NCBI GenBank assembly: GCA_030390025.1
Contig: CM059432.1
Coordinates: forward strand, 3,286,001 to 3,350,000
Reading direction: 5' to 3'
DNA: 64,000 bases
Source of the DNA: Squalus acanthias
Taxonomy: Eukaryota
Shown here: piece by piece, positions 63,273-64,000 of the stretch
How the letters are laid out: each line of letters begins with the position of its first letter
How positions within the stretch are numbered: position 1 is the first letter of the stretch
Position numbers and translations under genes: made by a program
The notes under the pieces: model-generated
The model's input: the letters and a program-made list of their open reading frames with translations, nothing else
What the model was told of the DNA's origin: nothing
Database searches by the model: none

Positions 63273-64000
63273 GACGTTTCCACTTGTGGGGCAATCCAAA
63301 ACTAGGGGCCGTAAATATACAATAGTCACTAATAAACCCAATAGGGAATTCAGGAGAAACTTCTTTACCCAGAGAGTGGTGAGAATGTGAACTCGCTACC
63401 ACAGGGAGTGGTTGAGGCGAATAGCACAGATGCATTTAAGGGGAAGCTGGATAAACACATGAGGGAGAAGGGAACAGAAGGTTATGGTGATGGGGTGAGA
63501 TGAAGAGGGGTGGGAGGCAACGTTCGCGCTAATTTTTCTTTTGGCTGCGCGGCCCGTTCAAATTTCCACGCATGCGCGCTTTTTCCATTTAAAAGCCGGT
63601 GAGCGGCCTACGCGAGACCGCCAGAGTGCTGCGTGGCCGTGTAGCTTAAAAAGAAAGACAGACTTGCATTTATATAGCGCCTTTCACGACCACCGGACGT
63701 CCCAAAGCGCTTTACAGCCAATGAAGTACTTTTTGAAGTGTAGTCACTGTTGTAATGCAGGAAACGCAGCAGCCAAATTGCGCACAGCAAGCTCCCACAA
63801 ACAGCAATGTGATAATGACCAGATAATCTGTTTTAGTGATGGTTGATTGAGGGATAAATATTGGCCCCGGGACACCGGGGAGAACTCCCCCTGCTGTTCT
63901 TCGAAATAGTGGCCGTGGGATATTTTACGTCCACCTGAGGGAGCAGACGGGGCCTCGGTTTAACGTCTCATCCGAAAGACGGCACCTCCGACAGTGCAGC

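Noticed and set aside
124..63846. Hundreds of short ORFs in the six-frame track
   Set aside because: Nearly all are sense or antisense translations of CR1, L2 and SINE repeats, recurring with near-identical peptides; they are not host genes.
1..64000. CRISPR arrays, operons or other prokaryotic systems
   Set aside because: Eukaryotic intronic DNA with no regularly spaced repeat-spacer array and no bacterial-type genes.

Overview
Repeat-dense vertebrate genomic DNA. The V-SINE/HE1, SacSINE1-like DeuSINE and CR1/L2 content points to a cartilaginous fish (shark). The window lies inside an N-cadherin (cdh2 or cdh2-like) gene on the minus strand. Five coding exons are visible, equivalent to exons 3-7 (34724-34953, 13080-13250, 11017-11172, 10095-10239, 6180-6352). 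Everything above 34953 appears to be the large intron 2, and exon 8 is not visible. The introns are filled with nested CR1 and L2 LINE fragments, tRNA-derived SINEs, several MITE families and a 2448-bp hAT transposon with TIRs, a perfect 8-bp TSD and a single frameshift. The most notable hidden signal is a set of minimal type I hammerhead ribozyme motifs in two families, carried by Penelope-like element termini. Three of these insertions are fold-back hairpins with TSDs, one of them a perfect 191-bp palindrome. A GIY-YIG remnant ties family A to Penelope-like elements. There is a 500-N assembly gap at 3885-4384. Exon, ribozyme and TSD/TIR coordinates were counted base by base; LINE and SINE fragment boundaries are approximate.
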